Origin: Phoronis australis
Taxonomy: Eukaryota; Animalia; Phoronida
DNA length: 64,000 nt
Assembly (NCBI GenBank): GCA_002633005.1
Contig: NMRA01000864.1
Span: 51,660-115,659, forward strand
Reading direction: 5' to 3'
Both the position numbers and the translations under genes were made by a program. Below, in pieces: positions 15,301 through 30,300 of this stretch. Numbering within the stretch: position 1 is the stretch's first letter; each line of letters opens with the position of its first letter. The notes under the pieces are model-generated. The model searched no databases and had not been told where the DNA came from. It worked only from the letters and a program-made list of their open reading frames with translations.

Positions 15301-18300
15301 CACCGCAGTGCAGCAACTCAGTAAGAGCATATGGGTCACGCTTGTCTGTTTAGTTTTCAATTTCAGGCGGGATCAAACATCAGGAGAATTGGCAAGGGTC
15401 TCAGTGCATTATTTAATTTAGAGATCTGCCGATGGAAAGCCACTGCCAATTTTGTAAATGAGCCAAAACCGTGTTTACTATTCTTTTTGAGAAGTAAGTT
15501 TTCGATATCCCGTGGGGTGGACTGCGGTTATCAATGGCAGAGACGACGGACAATTTTCAGAACTAGTCCCAATACAGTATCTATCGATATCTCATTTGCA
15601 TGAAATGATCAATTAAGCACGTTCTGGTAATAAAGCGTATTCAGCACCAATAAAGCGGACCATACATGTATATGTACATCTATGCCTAACACATAACATC
15701 ACGACTTCCGATTTGAAGTCATGTAACTTCCATTGTTTGATGCAGAAACTGAAGGTGGCGCTCAAACTAAAATATCACCATATGTAAAACTAGCCATGGC
15801 GTGATCACTTTGCACAAAATATTAATGTATCATTCAGGTGAGATGTCACCACCTTTTAGATGGGTTCCGTGCTCTGCCGTAGTCATGGAGACACCCCCCT
15901 GTCGGAACTCGTTCTAAGGTCTTATGTTTGGGCCACCTGTTCACATTAAAGCGATGCACATGTTGCAACTCCTTTATTCCCAGTTGCCAAAGTTTTTACT
16001 TTAGCTCCGCTTGTGATTTGAATAGTATCTGAAGGTATTCAGGATTTTTCACACGGTGCGTTGCAGTGATTACGTATCAGCCAATTTTTAGAAACTCTGC
16101 ACAGAATTGGTGCTGAAAATTCGATACAACAGAGCATCGTTTACTTGTGGTTTGCCCATTGCGAATGTAAGCTCACCTATGCATTTGTATGCGATATTTA
16201 TCGTAAGCACATCGTAGTAGGAAATCTCAACACGCTGGCCGGTGAGAAAGTCGTAAGCTCCGTCGGGTATGGTACGGAATACAACAGTTCCGGGCAATGC
16301 ATACGCCTAGAAGAAATCAAATCAATGCAAAGACTATTATGTACCAACATGCAGTATTGTGTAGTTTTGAAAACAGTTCATTGTGGAATGGGACTGCATT
16401 GATTATATAACCTTGAAGTTCTTACATAGAGTTAAATGTGACCTGCAGTTACGCTGCTGTTCGCAGAACCTTGTAGTTCATTCATGCATTTCACTATGAG
16501 CTGGGTTCTCCGGTTGTTGGTCGTACACCCCTGTATTCGTTACATACAACTCAGTGTGAGCGGAGATTAGACTCGTACACCATAGTTCTCTGCCTGCGCT
16601 CGTTCTAAAGACAATGCATTCTGCCCTCATTGGTAAGGCTAACCAGGATACATACATGTATTGCGGTTCGAAATCCTATGTATTCTGCGTGGAATTAGGA
16701 ATTTTCAACTTCCTTTCTTTTCAATCGACAAAACTAGCTACAACGTCGTTTTCGAGTCCTGTCACTGTTAAAGAACGCATGACTGTCAACTTAAATTGCT
16801 CAGTTATTACCGTGGGTCCGAGCAACGTTAACAAAAATTATAACTGCGGCTTTGCTTTCTGTCCTATGGAGTCAATCAACACCGTGCTCCATGTACAGTA
16901 CATGGAAAAAGCTATATTCACAACGTTTTACGGCATTCCGCCAAGAAATTGAAAAAAGCCGGGAATTTGTTCTGAAATTTACGAGCTTACTGTCAGAATC
17001 CGCTTGTACAGGTAACATGTGATTTGTCACCTTTTTGACGCACACGTACATGCAACATATGACCACGCTCATCCAGGTTTATCCTTTCCTTTCCTGTCAC
17101 CCTTTAGTGGTTACGGAAACTCATGTGGGTTGTAGTGGTGGTAAGGGCTGCTCGTACACAACAACCCTGTCCGTGTGGCGATAACGGAGCCACAGCGCCA
17201 CTTCCTGCAAACATTTCTGTCCAAACTGAGATTTGAACACACAGCCCATTCTTCGTTAAGACCCGAAAATAGTCGGAGTCAACTGTCAGCCTGAAAACGT
17301 TTTTTTTTTTTTTTTTAATTCTAACATCACAGAACTTATCGTTCTGTAAAACTGACGCGAACGTCAAGACGGCACAAAACAACCACAATAGATATGCTCG
17401 TTTGCATTTTTTAAGTTTTCACTTCCACATCGCCTGTTCGCAATTGACAAATTCCTATAAAGATAATTTCTCCTATCGGTAATTTCCAAAGTTGTTATAT
17501 TTCGGAAAAAAAAACGTAACGCGCGACGTTTCATCAAAGAGTTTCAACCATTCTACCTTTGTGGTGCACGAATTCTGAAGGGCTCGGTCTTAGCTGCCTG
17601 TCTTGGCTGGAAATTAGTTGTGTAGAAGGTGTGGGGATATGTCCTCAGTTGAATCGCTCACGCTCTGACTTACACCGTCATGGGCTCAGCCGAGTTCCAC
17701 TTAAGTCTGACTGCTGAGTCCGGAGCTCTCAGTCATATCGCTTGCCTTAACCTTAAATGCAAGTGTTGTATAACGCATGCGCTTATCTTAAAGTTCGGCC
17801 ATCACCATTTAAGGTGATCACTCTTGATGATCTCCGTCTGGTGATTATTGTTTCGCACATTCCAAGGCGTCCTTATTAGTGACGTCACTAATGAGCTATA
17901 CTTACTTTGGGACCGTAGTGCATCACACTCTGGTAGTCATAGCTAGCGAGAAGAGTTGTCTTAGTAATGTCGTAGTTGAAGGCGAAACCCGACTCGATAT
18001 TTTCAGGATATAGGCGGATGAATCTGTCACGGTCCTCGCGCACGTGTTCATGGAAGTGTCCAAGAGCATGCAAGATTTCGTGTATAATTATTCCATGCTG
18101 AAAGTTGACAATTGGTTTGTAGTCAACACTTTCCATCTGCATTACATGTAGGTTCAATAGCTACCGACAGTGCACGAACTACGACACCTTTTTAAGTCAT
18201 ATGTAGTCGGCAAAACTTCACAAGGGAGAAGCAATATTTTGTTTCGTGTAAATTTATAGGCATTCGTTTTACCAATTAACTTCAGAAATGTCCCCAACTA

Positions 18301-21300
18301 ATTTGGTCATACATGTAGCGCCGGTGTCTGTTTTTTGTCTTTGGAGTCAATCCATCAAAAGCGAAGAATTTCCATTTGGTATTTCAATTGTGACATTTAC
18401 TTAAGCACTAAGGAATCTAAGATAGGGCCTAAACTACGATAGTAAACTCAGGTAGTCCATGTCGAACGCTGCAAGCTTGCCAAAGTGTGACCACGCTTGG
18501 TTGTCAAACTCTTCATTGGAAATCAGTTTGTTGGAATTCGATGATATCATGTAGCAATGCACCATACATACGGTGCATGCATAAGGTGGACCTAGGATGC
18601 CTCGAAGGAAGTCTAACAACATTCGAGAAACCTCGATAAACCACAGTGCAGTGCGTATTTTGGGACAGATTGGCCAACCACCCTGCTTCCACTAACTAGT
18701 CCATGTCTTTGTTGGAAGCTGTATCCAATGATTGCCAAACTGTATTAAATACAAACAGTATACAAGGAATCATCATCATATCTACTGCTTGTCTCGTCTC
18801 CCTTGTTTATCCTTTTTGAAGCTTAGTTCTATATATGAATGCAGCGAAACGTGACAGGATATTATCTTTTTTTCATCGACAACAGCACCTGTCGATGGGT
18901 TCTGACTATCAAACATTTTTGGCAGCTACGTTGTAAAACATTAAAGCTGCCTCATCTAGTTTTCCCCAAATTTAAAACATCAGCGAATAGTTCGACATAG
19001 CTTACCAGCAGGTGTCAAGCAGTTTTCATGAGTGTTAGTTTCGTAAAGGGCCAATCATATTAAACGTCGCAATGTAAACGGAGGAACATATGTCATTGCA
19101 AACGAGACGCTACTTTCTTTTAGAGGAACGCAAACGTGAAGTTGAGATTTTGCACGTTTAAGCTTAAGACGGATTCTCGAATGTAAATTGAATTCAGGAT
19201 TGCTATCGTCATAGACAATGACCATTTTAGGATTTGTGACGACAGAAGGGTGAAAACTGTGAACCAGGGGAGATTATATCGAACACTTTGGAGGATGGGA
19301 ACGGTTAGGATGGTGCTAAAGTTTTCATTACGAGGGCGCCAAACGTTGTGCAGTTAAAACCTTTAACAAACGATATTCACTGCGGTCTGTGTGGTCTATT
19401 TGATATCCTGTCTGTTTGTGCCATGACGACATCTCGGAGGCAGCTTACTTTGTGTATGGCAGGCATTCAGTTGCAAATGTCGCTTTACAAGAAATGTCGG
19501 TAGTTTCTGGCTATTGTATTAAGTGAGTAACCTTTTTCCAGTGTAAAAAGCATTATTACTACGTGGCAGAACATCGTAGATTGCAACCATAAACATTTGC
19601 TTCCTGTTACCTAATGATTTTGCGCATAAACCTTGGGGTATATTTGTCATTATCGAAACAAGCAGTGAGATTGATGTACACTTTAGGTTTATACGTGTAC
19701 GACTATTGGACTTGGAGAATTACCGTATCAACTGAAGGGAACTCTTAGTAGGTAAATTTTTGGTAAAAATTGGATTGTGTTACTTATCTCATGGTGCTCG
19801 TGAGACGCTGCAAAAACATCGCCCATGGAAAGAAAACTAGGATTTTTCGCTCAAATGACAATCCATCCTGGTCAAACTATAGTTTGTAGGGCATCCATTT
19901 TGCCAGAATAACCCTACAAGATTTTGAGCCCACTCGCTGAAAAGAAGTGTTTCATTTGCACAGAGTTGCGTACATGTTTTCTTGCGTTATCTCACTTTTC
20001 TCGCAACAATCATATTCTACCGATCGCACCAAAGGTCCTTTCGTTTTCATCCCATTTTTGAAGTGTGCAATAAAACAATTAAAATAGACCTGAACTACAC
20101 TCTTTAGCATTTTAATGTGAATTTTAAAAGCAAAGATGTTAGTTTTTGTCATTCGCATCTTCTTAAACAGTGGGCAGTATTTTTTTCCAGAAAAATGAAA
20201 AATTAATTAGTCCCGAGATGCCTCAATGGGAGCTACTTGATCCCCGTTGGACCCCAAAATTTCACATATCCGGGTACCTTTGTTCATCACTTACCTTGTT
20301 GTGAAACATATCAACGAGTGTCGCTACAAAACTGGGCTGTGCATACAAAATCTGGGAATCAAATGACATTCACATCGCTCATTTAGCGTAAAAAATCTAA
20401 CAAACTTCATATTCTTCCAAAATCTTTCGTCCTTTGTAGCAATACATGTCAGTGCTCAGTTTCAAAACGATACGCTAATGACTCGTGCGACGTACCATTT
20501 CGTAAATGGGGGAATCGTACACGAGTCTCAGGTTCATGAGAGGGGCTAAACTTCTTGGAAATTTCGTCAAACTCTCGAGGCTTGCCGTCGGTGAACCGTA
20601 AAATCGATCTTCATGACGAAAACCTCGACCTGTCTAAAACTTTCAACCAGATGACGGATCCTTTGTAAAGACAAGTTTGTGCAACATGAATTATTATTTT
20701 CATTTTAAACTTTTATGGTTAAAAAATCTGTAAATTGCATTTGGGTCTCCTGACAAATGTTTAAGTTACAATCTAATGGATACTCTCTGAAGTTGTGACA
20801 CCGTCACTTAACAAATGTTAATAAATACCACAGTCAGCAGAGCCTCTCCGAGTATGAGAACTGAATTGTACTTGCGACATCACAGCTAGTCAGTCTCACC
20901 CCATGGGTTCTTGAGTTGGGATTCTTCTCAATTTGAATGAACGTAGATATGGATTTTGAGCCGAAGATGGATGCGTTTAAGCTGTTATTTAGTGCATGTC
21001 CTTTGGCAAACGATCAAGGCGTATAGATTTCTACTTAGCACTACATTGTGATTCGCCCATGTAATACCAAAAAATTACGCACTGGATGTTATTAGACAAT
21101 TGTTTCGTAACACCTTCCACCTCATTGTAAGAACTTTGTTCGTTCTTCCATTCTGTTTGTTGGTATTAAGAAATTAACAATTGTAACGAAATGGAACCAT
21201 TTCCAATAATTTATTGTGGCATGTAAGCAACTTCGTGGAAAAGAAGAACAGTTGATGAAGAACTGGAGAACAGAAACTGCCCAATAGCTGACATCGGCGA

Positions 21301-24300
21301 GAGTCTACCAAAAGAGGGCACTGCAATTTTAGAAGCCTAATAACGCAGTTAAAACTACATTTTTTCCAACACCCATAAATAACTTAGGGAGAGTGTAGTT
21401 TTTAATGACACTAACTTGGTGTTTGATATCATTTGATAAGTTCTTTACCCAGATCGGCGAAGCGGATGTATATTTAGTATACAGGTTTGCGGCAACGCTA
21501 CGTGGGGCCAAGAAAAACGGCATCGCTCCGCTAGTCCAAGACGACACGGCTCTAAACTTGCATTATGTACATGTACTTTTGTGAGCCAAGATCATAGACG
21601 AATTGTACACGTACAAAACACAGACCTGTAGTGAGAGGTCTTCCACCTAATGAGCTATACACATGTAAACTCCTTAATTGATTACATTACATTCACACAC
21701 GGATCAGCCTCAGTTACGTCAGGCGCCATTTAGCCAATAGTAACTTACATTGTAAAACACCTTTTTACAAAAAAGCAAAAGGATAGAAAATTTTTGAATT
21801 TTGATAAAGATTTTATTCTTGAACTAAATCATAGTAAAAATGCATGTTATTTACTCCAGTAACATTTTTGGTTTCGTGTGTCTAATACTGATCAAATATA
21901 TTGTAATAAACATGTTACTTACAATCAAACACGTGGACGTCGTTGTGTGGACGAGTTCAATAGCTTGCCTACCCTTCACATGTCCGATGACTGAATAACA
22001 TCTGGTTTGGAAAAGAAAAACACAAGTACTTACTTTTAAATTTAATTAAACTTACCCTTTAAAACCTGGTGACACGGGCTATTACAAACTGATCTTTCAA
22101 AATAAATCATATGAAGTTGTCTCTCTTTGTTTTAGTTCAAGTATAAAATGCATTGACGGTTAAAGGTCAATAGGACAAACGGAACTTGAAAATATACTTC
22201 TGACGTCGCATGTATGCTATTACAAAGTGTATCGATATTGATATACATGTACATGTAGATATGAGGCCTCTTCTAACAAAACTGACTTAGCTAAGAGAAA
22301 TCCTAAATTTTTGTAGATTTTAAAATAAAAGACACATTTGTCTCAGAATCAATTCAAGAAAGAGATCTTCAAGTTTGTTTTAACTGTCAGACGTTAGTTT
22401 TGTCTTTCCGCGTTTGCGATGCGGATCACTTCTTCTTAAATGTTTCAGCAGTTCATTATCAGTGTAATCCTTTCTCTTTTTGAATGGTTCTTGTTATCAC
22501 TACTATTGTTAACATTTCTGTTGAAATTAGTGATATTACTATCGTTGCAACTTATTATAGTTATCATTAACATTGTCATTATTACTATTATTATTATTAT
22601 CATTGTTACTATCACTATTATCATTACCAATATCAATGTCTTTAATAGTAGTATTAGAATAGTATTTTATCATCATCATTACCAACAGTATCATTATCAC
22701 CATCATTACTATTTTCATTCTCGTTGTTATTATTACCATTGCCGGTGAATACACTCAATTTGCCCGCTATTCAAATCACAGTATCAGGTTCGTAATGATG
22801 TCTGCCTCTAGGTTAAAACTATACACAGTATATTGAAGCATTTGTTTTCCAAATTTCAAAATATCGTGAAAAAATTAGTAGCGGACTCTACCTCTGACTT
22901 GACTGGAACAGTATCATATCCCCTGAAAACGAAGCATTGACTTCAACAAAGCGGACGCACGTAGTGTCTGAGATTGTCCGAAGTGCTGCTTTGATTTTCT
23001 CTTCTGATAGTGCCTGATCGACTGAAAATGATAATAATGTTTACATGAAATGGCTTGATGTATTTGGAAGAACTGTAAATTGGGTATAAAAAGCGTGAAA
23101 TTTGACAGATACTTAAACATGCAATACATTTGGCTTGAAAGCCATTCCAGATTAAATAGATACATATACTTGGTATCAAAACAATTACATCACAATACGA
23201 ATAAAGTAAAACAAAACTTGAGTCACGTAGCTTCACGTCCTTCAATACTAGAATGTCCAGTCTCTGTCATTATTTATATGTGCTTCGGACATAGGAACCT
23301 GCTTCCTAGTTGGGACAAACGATCATTGACCAAATTAAAGTTTTCATTGATTTTTTATCTGAAAAGATAATAGAAATAGAAAAGGTGTCTTTTTGAAGTC
23401 CGAAAGGCCCCGGTCGGCTTTTGTCGGAGTGTTGCACGTTTAAACTATCGACCTAGACGCGGTATGAGCAAAATGAACGTGTTCTTTCAGAGTGACAAAA
23501 TATTTTTTACTTCCCGAACTCTCTTAGGCCGTCGATTTTACGCATGCAGGTAACGGTTCGGTCTGCTTTTACCACCACTATTTCAGACAGGTTTGAAACT
23601 ATAGGAAAATTATAGTTCTTAAGCTTTTATCTCTTCAAAACACGTTACTCCACAACGTCTTTAAGAAATTGCCATTCGTAACCAAGGACTCGTCCCTTTG
23701 CGTGGCAATAAAACACTGGCTGTCGTATATCAAAACGGTGTTTTTTGTATCAAATTGGCTACCAAAATTGAATACGCATACGGGGTACTAAGGGACGTGT
23801 GTTCATCGTATTGTCAGACACACAATTGTTTGTTACCTGTCAGCGCCCACAAAAGATTGCAAGAACGTTTTAACATGTGTTTAACGTGTTACCTGAGCCT
23901 GGAAACTCCTTTCGTCTGGAATTGAAACTGTACGGGGTACGTTTTCACTATACCAAGAAACTACCAAGATTAAAAAACATTGGAAAACCCATACAGATAC
24001 ATCTATAACTTCGAGCTGGCACATTTGACAGAATTTCAGTTTATGAAGGAAATCTTGTAGTTAAGAGAACAAATCATGCATTTTCTGCTGTCACCAGGTG
24101 TTTGGCACATGGTCTGAACAATACTTCTGTGAAAAGCGCCAACTGTGTTATGTTCAGACGGAGAACCTGCTTCGCACCGTCGCTTGATGGTATGCGGTCC
24201 CGAGAAGGCTCGTTTAATTCATTAATTCGAAGGATCTTACGAAAACCGGTAGAACATATGGAAGTCACAATGAATTAAAAAATTCCGGAGCAAACTGACA

Positions 24301-27300
24301 CCAACCAGTCTTCATGCACGAAAAGAGCACACTTGCTATTCGGAAGTTGAAAAGGATGCTGCAAGTGTCACAGAATTTTGGGTCAAAAATGAGGATCACT
24401 CTTCGACGCTGCATCACCAATTAGGTGTCTACACCAAGCGGTCATTTCGTTGGCAATTCAGTGTATCCAATGCTTGACAAATGAAGCCGTTTCAAACCTT
24501 ATAGACTAATAATTCTTAACTAGAAAGATTATTGTCACGGCGTGACAATAACTGACTCTGCGCGTGCGTATTACTGGAAGTTATTGACAGCATCCCGTTT
24601 ACAAATATGAAAAGGAATTCTTTAAAACTGTAGGAGAAATTACATATTAATTTTTTATGACCTCTCCACTAATTGACCTCTTCCGGTGCATTATGAGCCC
24701 CGATGAGGGAGTAATTGTTAACTCGATTAAAAATGTGGTTAATGCTAATAATCACAGATGCTTTACTTTAAGCACTTTAGAATATAATATGAATGAAGTG
24801 GTCAAATTTTCAGAAGAAAAATGCACCTAATGACCCCATGGGTGCACCAAACGACCAGAAAATTTAGAATTAAACTCAATCGCACTTAGTAAACAGAAAC
24901 GTAATTCTGCAGCCTCCAGCTCAAAATTTTATTTTGCACTCAATGACCTTTGACCTATTTTTTCTGATTGGTTATACATATTGCAAAGTAAAGTAGGGTA
25001 TTCAATTGGCAAGTTGACTTACATCAGTGTACTGAAATTGAAAAGAATTCCTTGAAAAACATAAGACATATAACATTTTGAACGTTACATGACCTTTACA
25101 CTAATTGACCTTATCCGGTGCATTTTAAGCATCTTAGGAGAATTATTTCACAGCCCATGGAAAATGTGTTCAACGATGAGAATCACAGTTGTCTAACGGT
25201 TGACACATCAGAATACTTGCTGATTGAAAAGGTCAAATTTTCAGAAGAAAAATGCCCCTCATGACCCCATGTTTGCACTAAATGACCTGAAACTTCCGAC
25301 TTGATTTACCTGTGGCAATCTGACCTGTCAATTTGAAGTGTCTAGCTCAAAATTTTAGTTTGCACCTAATGACCTTTGACCTATTTCACCTGATTGGATG
25401 ACCCGATTACTTAGAAAAGTAATTTTTAAATTGCCACGTTGATTATACCTGTGCACCGAATTTGAAAAAGATAGCTTTAAAACTAAAGGAGGAGTAGCAT
25501 TTTGAAAATTATGTGACCTTTGCACCAAACGATCTTTTCCGGTGCAATATGGAATATGATTATTTAACCAATCAAATTTTATATACTGTCTAAAGTGATA
25601 TGCTGAATTTAAAGACCGTACCTGCACCCAATTTGGAGTTATTAAGCCTCAAATTTGGTCGGAAGAAGAACAAGAATAAGAAGAATTAGAATAATAAGAA
25701 TAAAATTGAAGAAAACACGCTTACACGCGCAGAGTAATTATACGGTATCATCGCGTTGATTTACATGCAAATATATAAACATACTAAATGGGTTGTCGGG
25801 GTCAAACGCGTACGGAATAGCCTGCGCTCCACTTAAAGCTGTTGACCATACATTTCCACTCACTCGTCTTTTTTGCACGTTTTGCCGCTGAAAGAAAAAA
25901 CAGACACTTTACATAGACGCAAATCTACATATAGATCACTGTTGTAATGTACTGTTTTGTAAGCATACACGCAAATCTACGTGTAAGTCATTGTAGTAAA
26001 GCTCTATTTAATACGCATACACGCAACTCTGCTTGTAATTCACTATTGCAATGTACTAAAACGTAAGCATACACGCAAATCTAAATGTAAGTCACTATAG
26101 CAATGTACTATTTAGTAATCACAGACGCAAATCTAAGTGTAAGTCATTGTTGCAATGCTCTATTTAGTACGCATACACACAAATCTACATGTAAGTCACT
26201 ACTGTAATGTACTATTTAGCAGGCGTTTCCTTCGTTATCAATTCTGCAGAACGACTTGTCGATACCTATTTCGTTTCCCATTTAATGCAAGGTGGCACTT
26301 ACAGTTAAACGCTGGATATACTCGTTAACGGACGCTTTGTCTGCACTCTGAAAAACGCACCATGCGCGTAACAGTGCATGTAATTATGATATATTATTTG
26401 CAGTATCATATATTATATACAGTGCATAATATTTTCATGTATTTTTCTTACTAGGATTTTCACGTTGTATACAATTCGTGTTTAACCTTTTATCTAGGCT
26501 CACTGGTAGAGTTCAAGTGACTATGATATACAAATAATTAAAATAAATAATAATGCACTTGGAGTGAATAACTTTTACAGTAGTTAACGAGAGAAGGGTA
26601 TCCAAGTGCAGAAGGCCCGTTTGTCAAATTTCAAAGTACTGCTCTTAGCTCACTAAGTACCTACAATATTATCTGAACATCACAAATTCGATTTAGAAAT
26701 TTCGTGCCGAGAATAATCTTCAACTTACCCGCCCGCTATCATCAGTGAACTCTGACTTTAAGCTCTGAAACAATTGCAAACATAACATTTTGCATATGCA
26801 ACATCCTTGAGATCACAATACGGGTCTCGACTGATACCTAATTATCCATGAGCACAAGACGAGGAGAATTTAAATTTTCATGTACAAGTAACCTGAGGAC
26901 CTTAAAGTCTTGACACAATTCAGAATTGATGTTGCAATCCATTGAATGTTTCGGCAGAGCTGAATAAGAAAATTTTTGCTCATTCGTGTGTCTTTGAAAC
27001 TTTTGACTCATCCGTTTGACCACAACGTTTGACTCACCCAATTGACCACAACTTTTGACTCACCCGTTTGACCACAACTTTTGACTCACCCGTTTGACCA
27101 CAACTTTTCCCGGAGGGTTGAAAGATCTCCCATTACGCACTCTACCTCGTTCGTAACTGTCCTTTAAAAACTTCTCCACCTAATACATACAAGCCATTTT
27201 TAAAAATCATAATAATGCACATGCATTTTTGAAGTAACAGTTCAGTCTACTCATCAAAGTTGGACATTTTAACACTGCAGCAATCTGACGAACTTGTAAA

Positions 27301-30300
27301 ATATGTTAACTACAGATTTTGAAACCAGATATTAATATTCTCAGATAATTTAAGGTTTTGTCCAGTGGCATTTGATTGTCTTTCTAAATAGTTCTTTGGA
27401 GCGCTACACCGAACTCAATTGTCTAAACAAATTTTCACGAAACAGAAACTTTCGAAAAAATGATTACTTCACTCCAGCTCTTATGCAACTAATTGCATGT
27501 AAATATAGAGTATTCTAACTAAAAAGATACCAGAGAACTGTTTCATCAAATTCGATAGAAAGTGATTCATGTTTTTACTTGACTTTGTCCATCTTAAAGT
27601 TTTTTAAGCGCTTTGATTTGTTGAAATGCTGGTTTGACAATTTTGTATAGAAAACTATAATTTTATGGCTAAATCTGGTTTCTTTGCCAACCCTAATGGC
27701 AAACAGACGCTGTTCGTAAACATCTAGTATGTGTAATTTCCCATCAAACAGCTTCTAAGCTGATATTTAACTCCAGTTTGCTGCTCCAGCAAATCTACTC
27801 TGCTCGAAGTCCCAGAAACCGACGATCCAAGTCTGATATACATGTATCTCTAACGCGTTATTCAGTTTCGGCGTCACTTCTGGGCTTGCGTCGTGTACAG
27901 CATACTAACCAGTATGCGTAAAACACGGGGTGTAATGAATGATGAAGGGTTGTGGGGCAAACGATCTGAGAAAGCTAGCGCTAAATGAACAGGGGGGAAT
28001 GAGTCAGCTGTATTCTCTATGTCGGCGCTTGAGCGAAGACGAAAATTCACAATTAGACGGCCTGAGACTGACAAGAGGGCCATTCTAGTGGTAGATTTAG
28101 GGTGGCAAACGAGGCCATAGACTCCATAAAAAATTACCATATTCCATTTGGTAGTTCTTGGTGCTAACATCTCGGGAGAACAATAATTTCTAATTATCTG
28201 CCCTACCCCTCACCTAAGTACATTGTAACTCAAAACATTGGATCATCCCTAGCATTGAGGTCTTTTTCATCACCCTGAAGAAACAATTGCTGGATATTCG
28301 ATCACACATCAGACACTTCCAATGAATAGAATATTTTGCTTAAAATAACACGAGCAAAATCAAGTATGCAAAGAATACACTTGGCAAACATAAGTTGTGC
28401 AAAAACAAAACTTTAGCCGTGAACCGACCCCCAAAATATCATGGAGCCAGTTAATACAGAGCCTAGGAGGTACAGTATAGATGAAAGGTCTCACGGAGTG
28501 TAACTAAAACACATGAAAAAACATATGAAATTATACTTTTCAAAAAAGTGAAAATGAACTTTTACAACCTGTTAAATGACGTCGGGTGGATGTCGCAAGG
28601 TATTGATAATTAGCGAAATCCATTCTACGGGCGTAAGCACATCTCATGTATGGGAAACATTTGTTTTCCTTTGTTGCCTCTTTGTTGGACATAACAATAC
28701 AGGTCGCATGGATATCATACCTTGTGGGTATATCGGCCCATTGCTGATAAACGCTTGCCATTATTTTCATAAACAAAGATGTTGACTGGCTGCTGTATCA
28801 CACTTAGTCCATTCATTCTTTATAACTTTGAAAAGGAGAAACCTTGATGTTCAGAAATGGTTAGCTCTATCTTCCTAGGAGTTTGCCTAAGCGGAAAATA
28901 CTTCACAAGTTGTAAAATGAAAGAGTGGGGTACGTATTTCTGGTACTGTAAAAATCAAATATGTGTACAGTTTGAAATTTTACATTTTCTGAAAAAAACG
29001 CCCGAAGGCTTATCTACGGAAAATCCGGTACCGACACAAGCGCTATTGCTCCATTCTTCCAAACACGTAGCTTGTCGGTACACATCGCGTCGGCCACAAC
29101 AACAGTGACACAGAGCATATGCACAGTTAGTTTTAAGTTCTCGAAAAAACATGCTATTTTTAACCAACAAGAAATAAAATACAGCTCGGCTATTTTTTCA
29201 TGTGTGCATTGTTTCTGAATAAAATAGCCAGCCTGTTAATTGCTTAGGCCTACAGCAAAACAATCTCATAAATGTCGACAGGTGTAGTCCCGATTCCGGA
29301 CGCGCAAATGTTTAATAATCATACATATATATTGAGGGTTTTTGCGCTACCGGAGATTTCCGTAGATAAGCCCTGGGCGTGTATTCGGAAACTGAAAATT
29401 TTCAGGCCCTTTAGGAACACCAGTAAACTCCGGGCATTTATTTGGAACTGGGGGGCGGGCGTGTAAACAGAAATTTTTTGCGTCGTAAATACCAGCATGA
29501 AGCACGATATGTATGTTTGAAAGTGAAACTTTTATATCATCTTTTTAATTCATGCAGTATCTGGCAAGCTTGACAAGAAAAGAGTATGTGCATGACGCTT
29601 CTAGATCTGTAAGTGACAGAGATGATAGCATCATAGCTGTAAATCCGTTTTTGGCTACTTTCAGGCTTTGCCGATCATGCGTTTAACCAACAATATTGAA
29701 GTCCAGGTAGTGAATCCATGAACGAGTTGCTTATGATGGAATATATACGGACAGTATTGATGAGGCGATTAAAAGGTTTTCTGACTGATTTTTGCTTAAA
29801 ATGTTTTTAAAAATTCCATGTTAATAAATGCATATTTCGACAACACTGTGCTTGTTTTTGTAAATGATAAGTCTTCCACAAAATGGAATTTGGGACAAAA
29901 AGTTGACGCTATGTGGGCTTTTAAGAGGAAATTATCAGAATTAAAGCATCACTATCTAAACACTTGACACGTGATGTTGCAACACGGGCGTTTCATTGGT
30001 TGGGCTTATCTACGGAAACCCCCGGTATGATTTTAGTGAATTCGATGTGTAAAAGCACAAAACAATTGTATCAATTACCACTAGGTTACAAATCCTGTTT
30101 GAGGTCATTGTAAAATTTAGTTCCGTAAATAGTGTATATATATATTGCTTGTGATTTTATCCACCTATCGCATTAGTGACGTCATTTTAATACTTAATTA
30201 ATGTTCTTCGAATTTGTTTCCAGTAAAGCCTGATCACCTAATACAAATGTCGGTTTATTGTCTTATAATGACGAGATGAATTCTTCAAACATTATTCAGC

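Noticed and set aside
16614-16952. Plus-strand ORF with an Ig-like start (SPVTVKERMTVNLNCSV)
   Set aside because: It lacks the conserved Trp and the D.G.Y.C motif, has no good splice sites and no partner exons.
22440-22754. Hydrophobic and His-rich ORFs
   Set aside because: Translation of an ATT/ATC microsatellite.
25910-27108. Regularly spaced repeats resembling a CRISPR array
   Set aside because: Head-to-tail tandem units without unique spacers, no cas genes, eukaryotic intron context.
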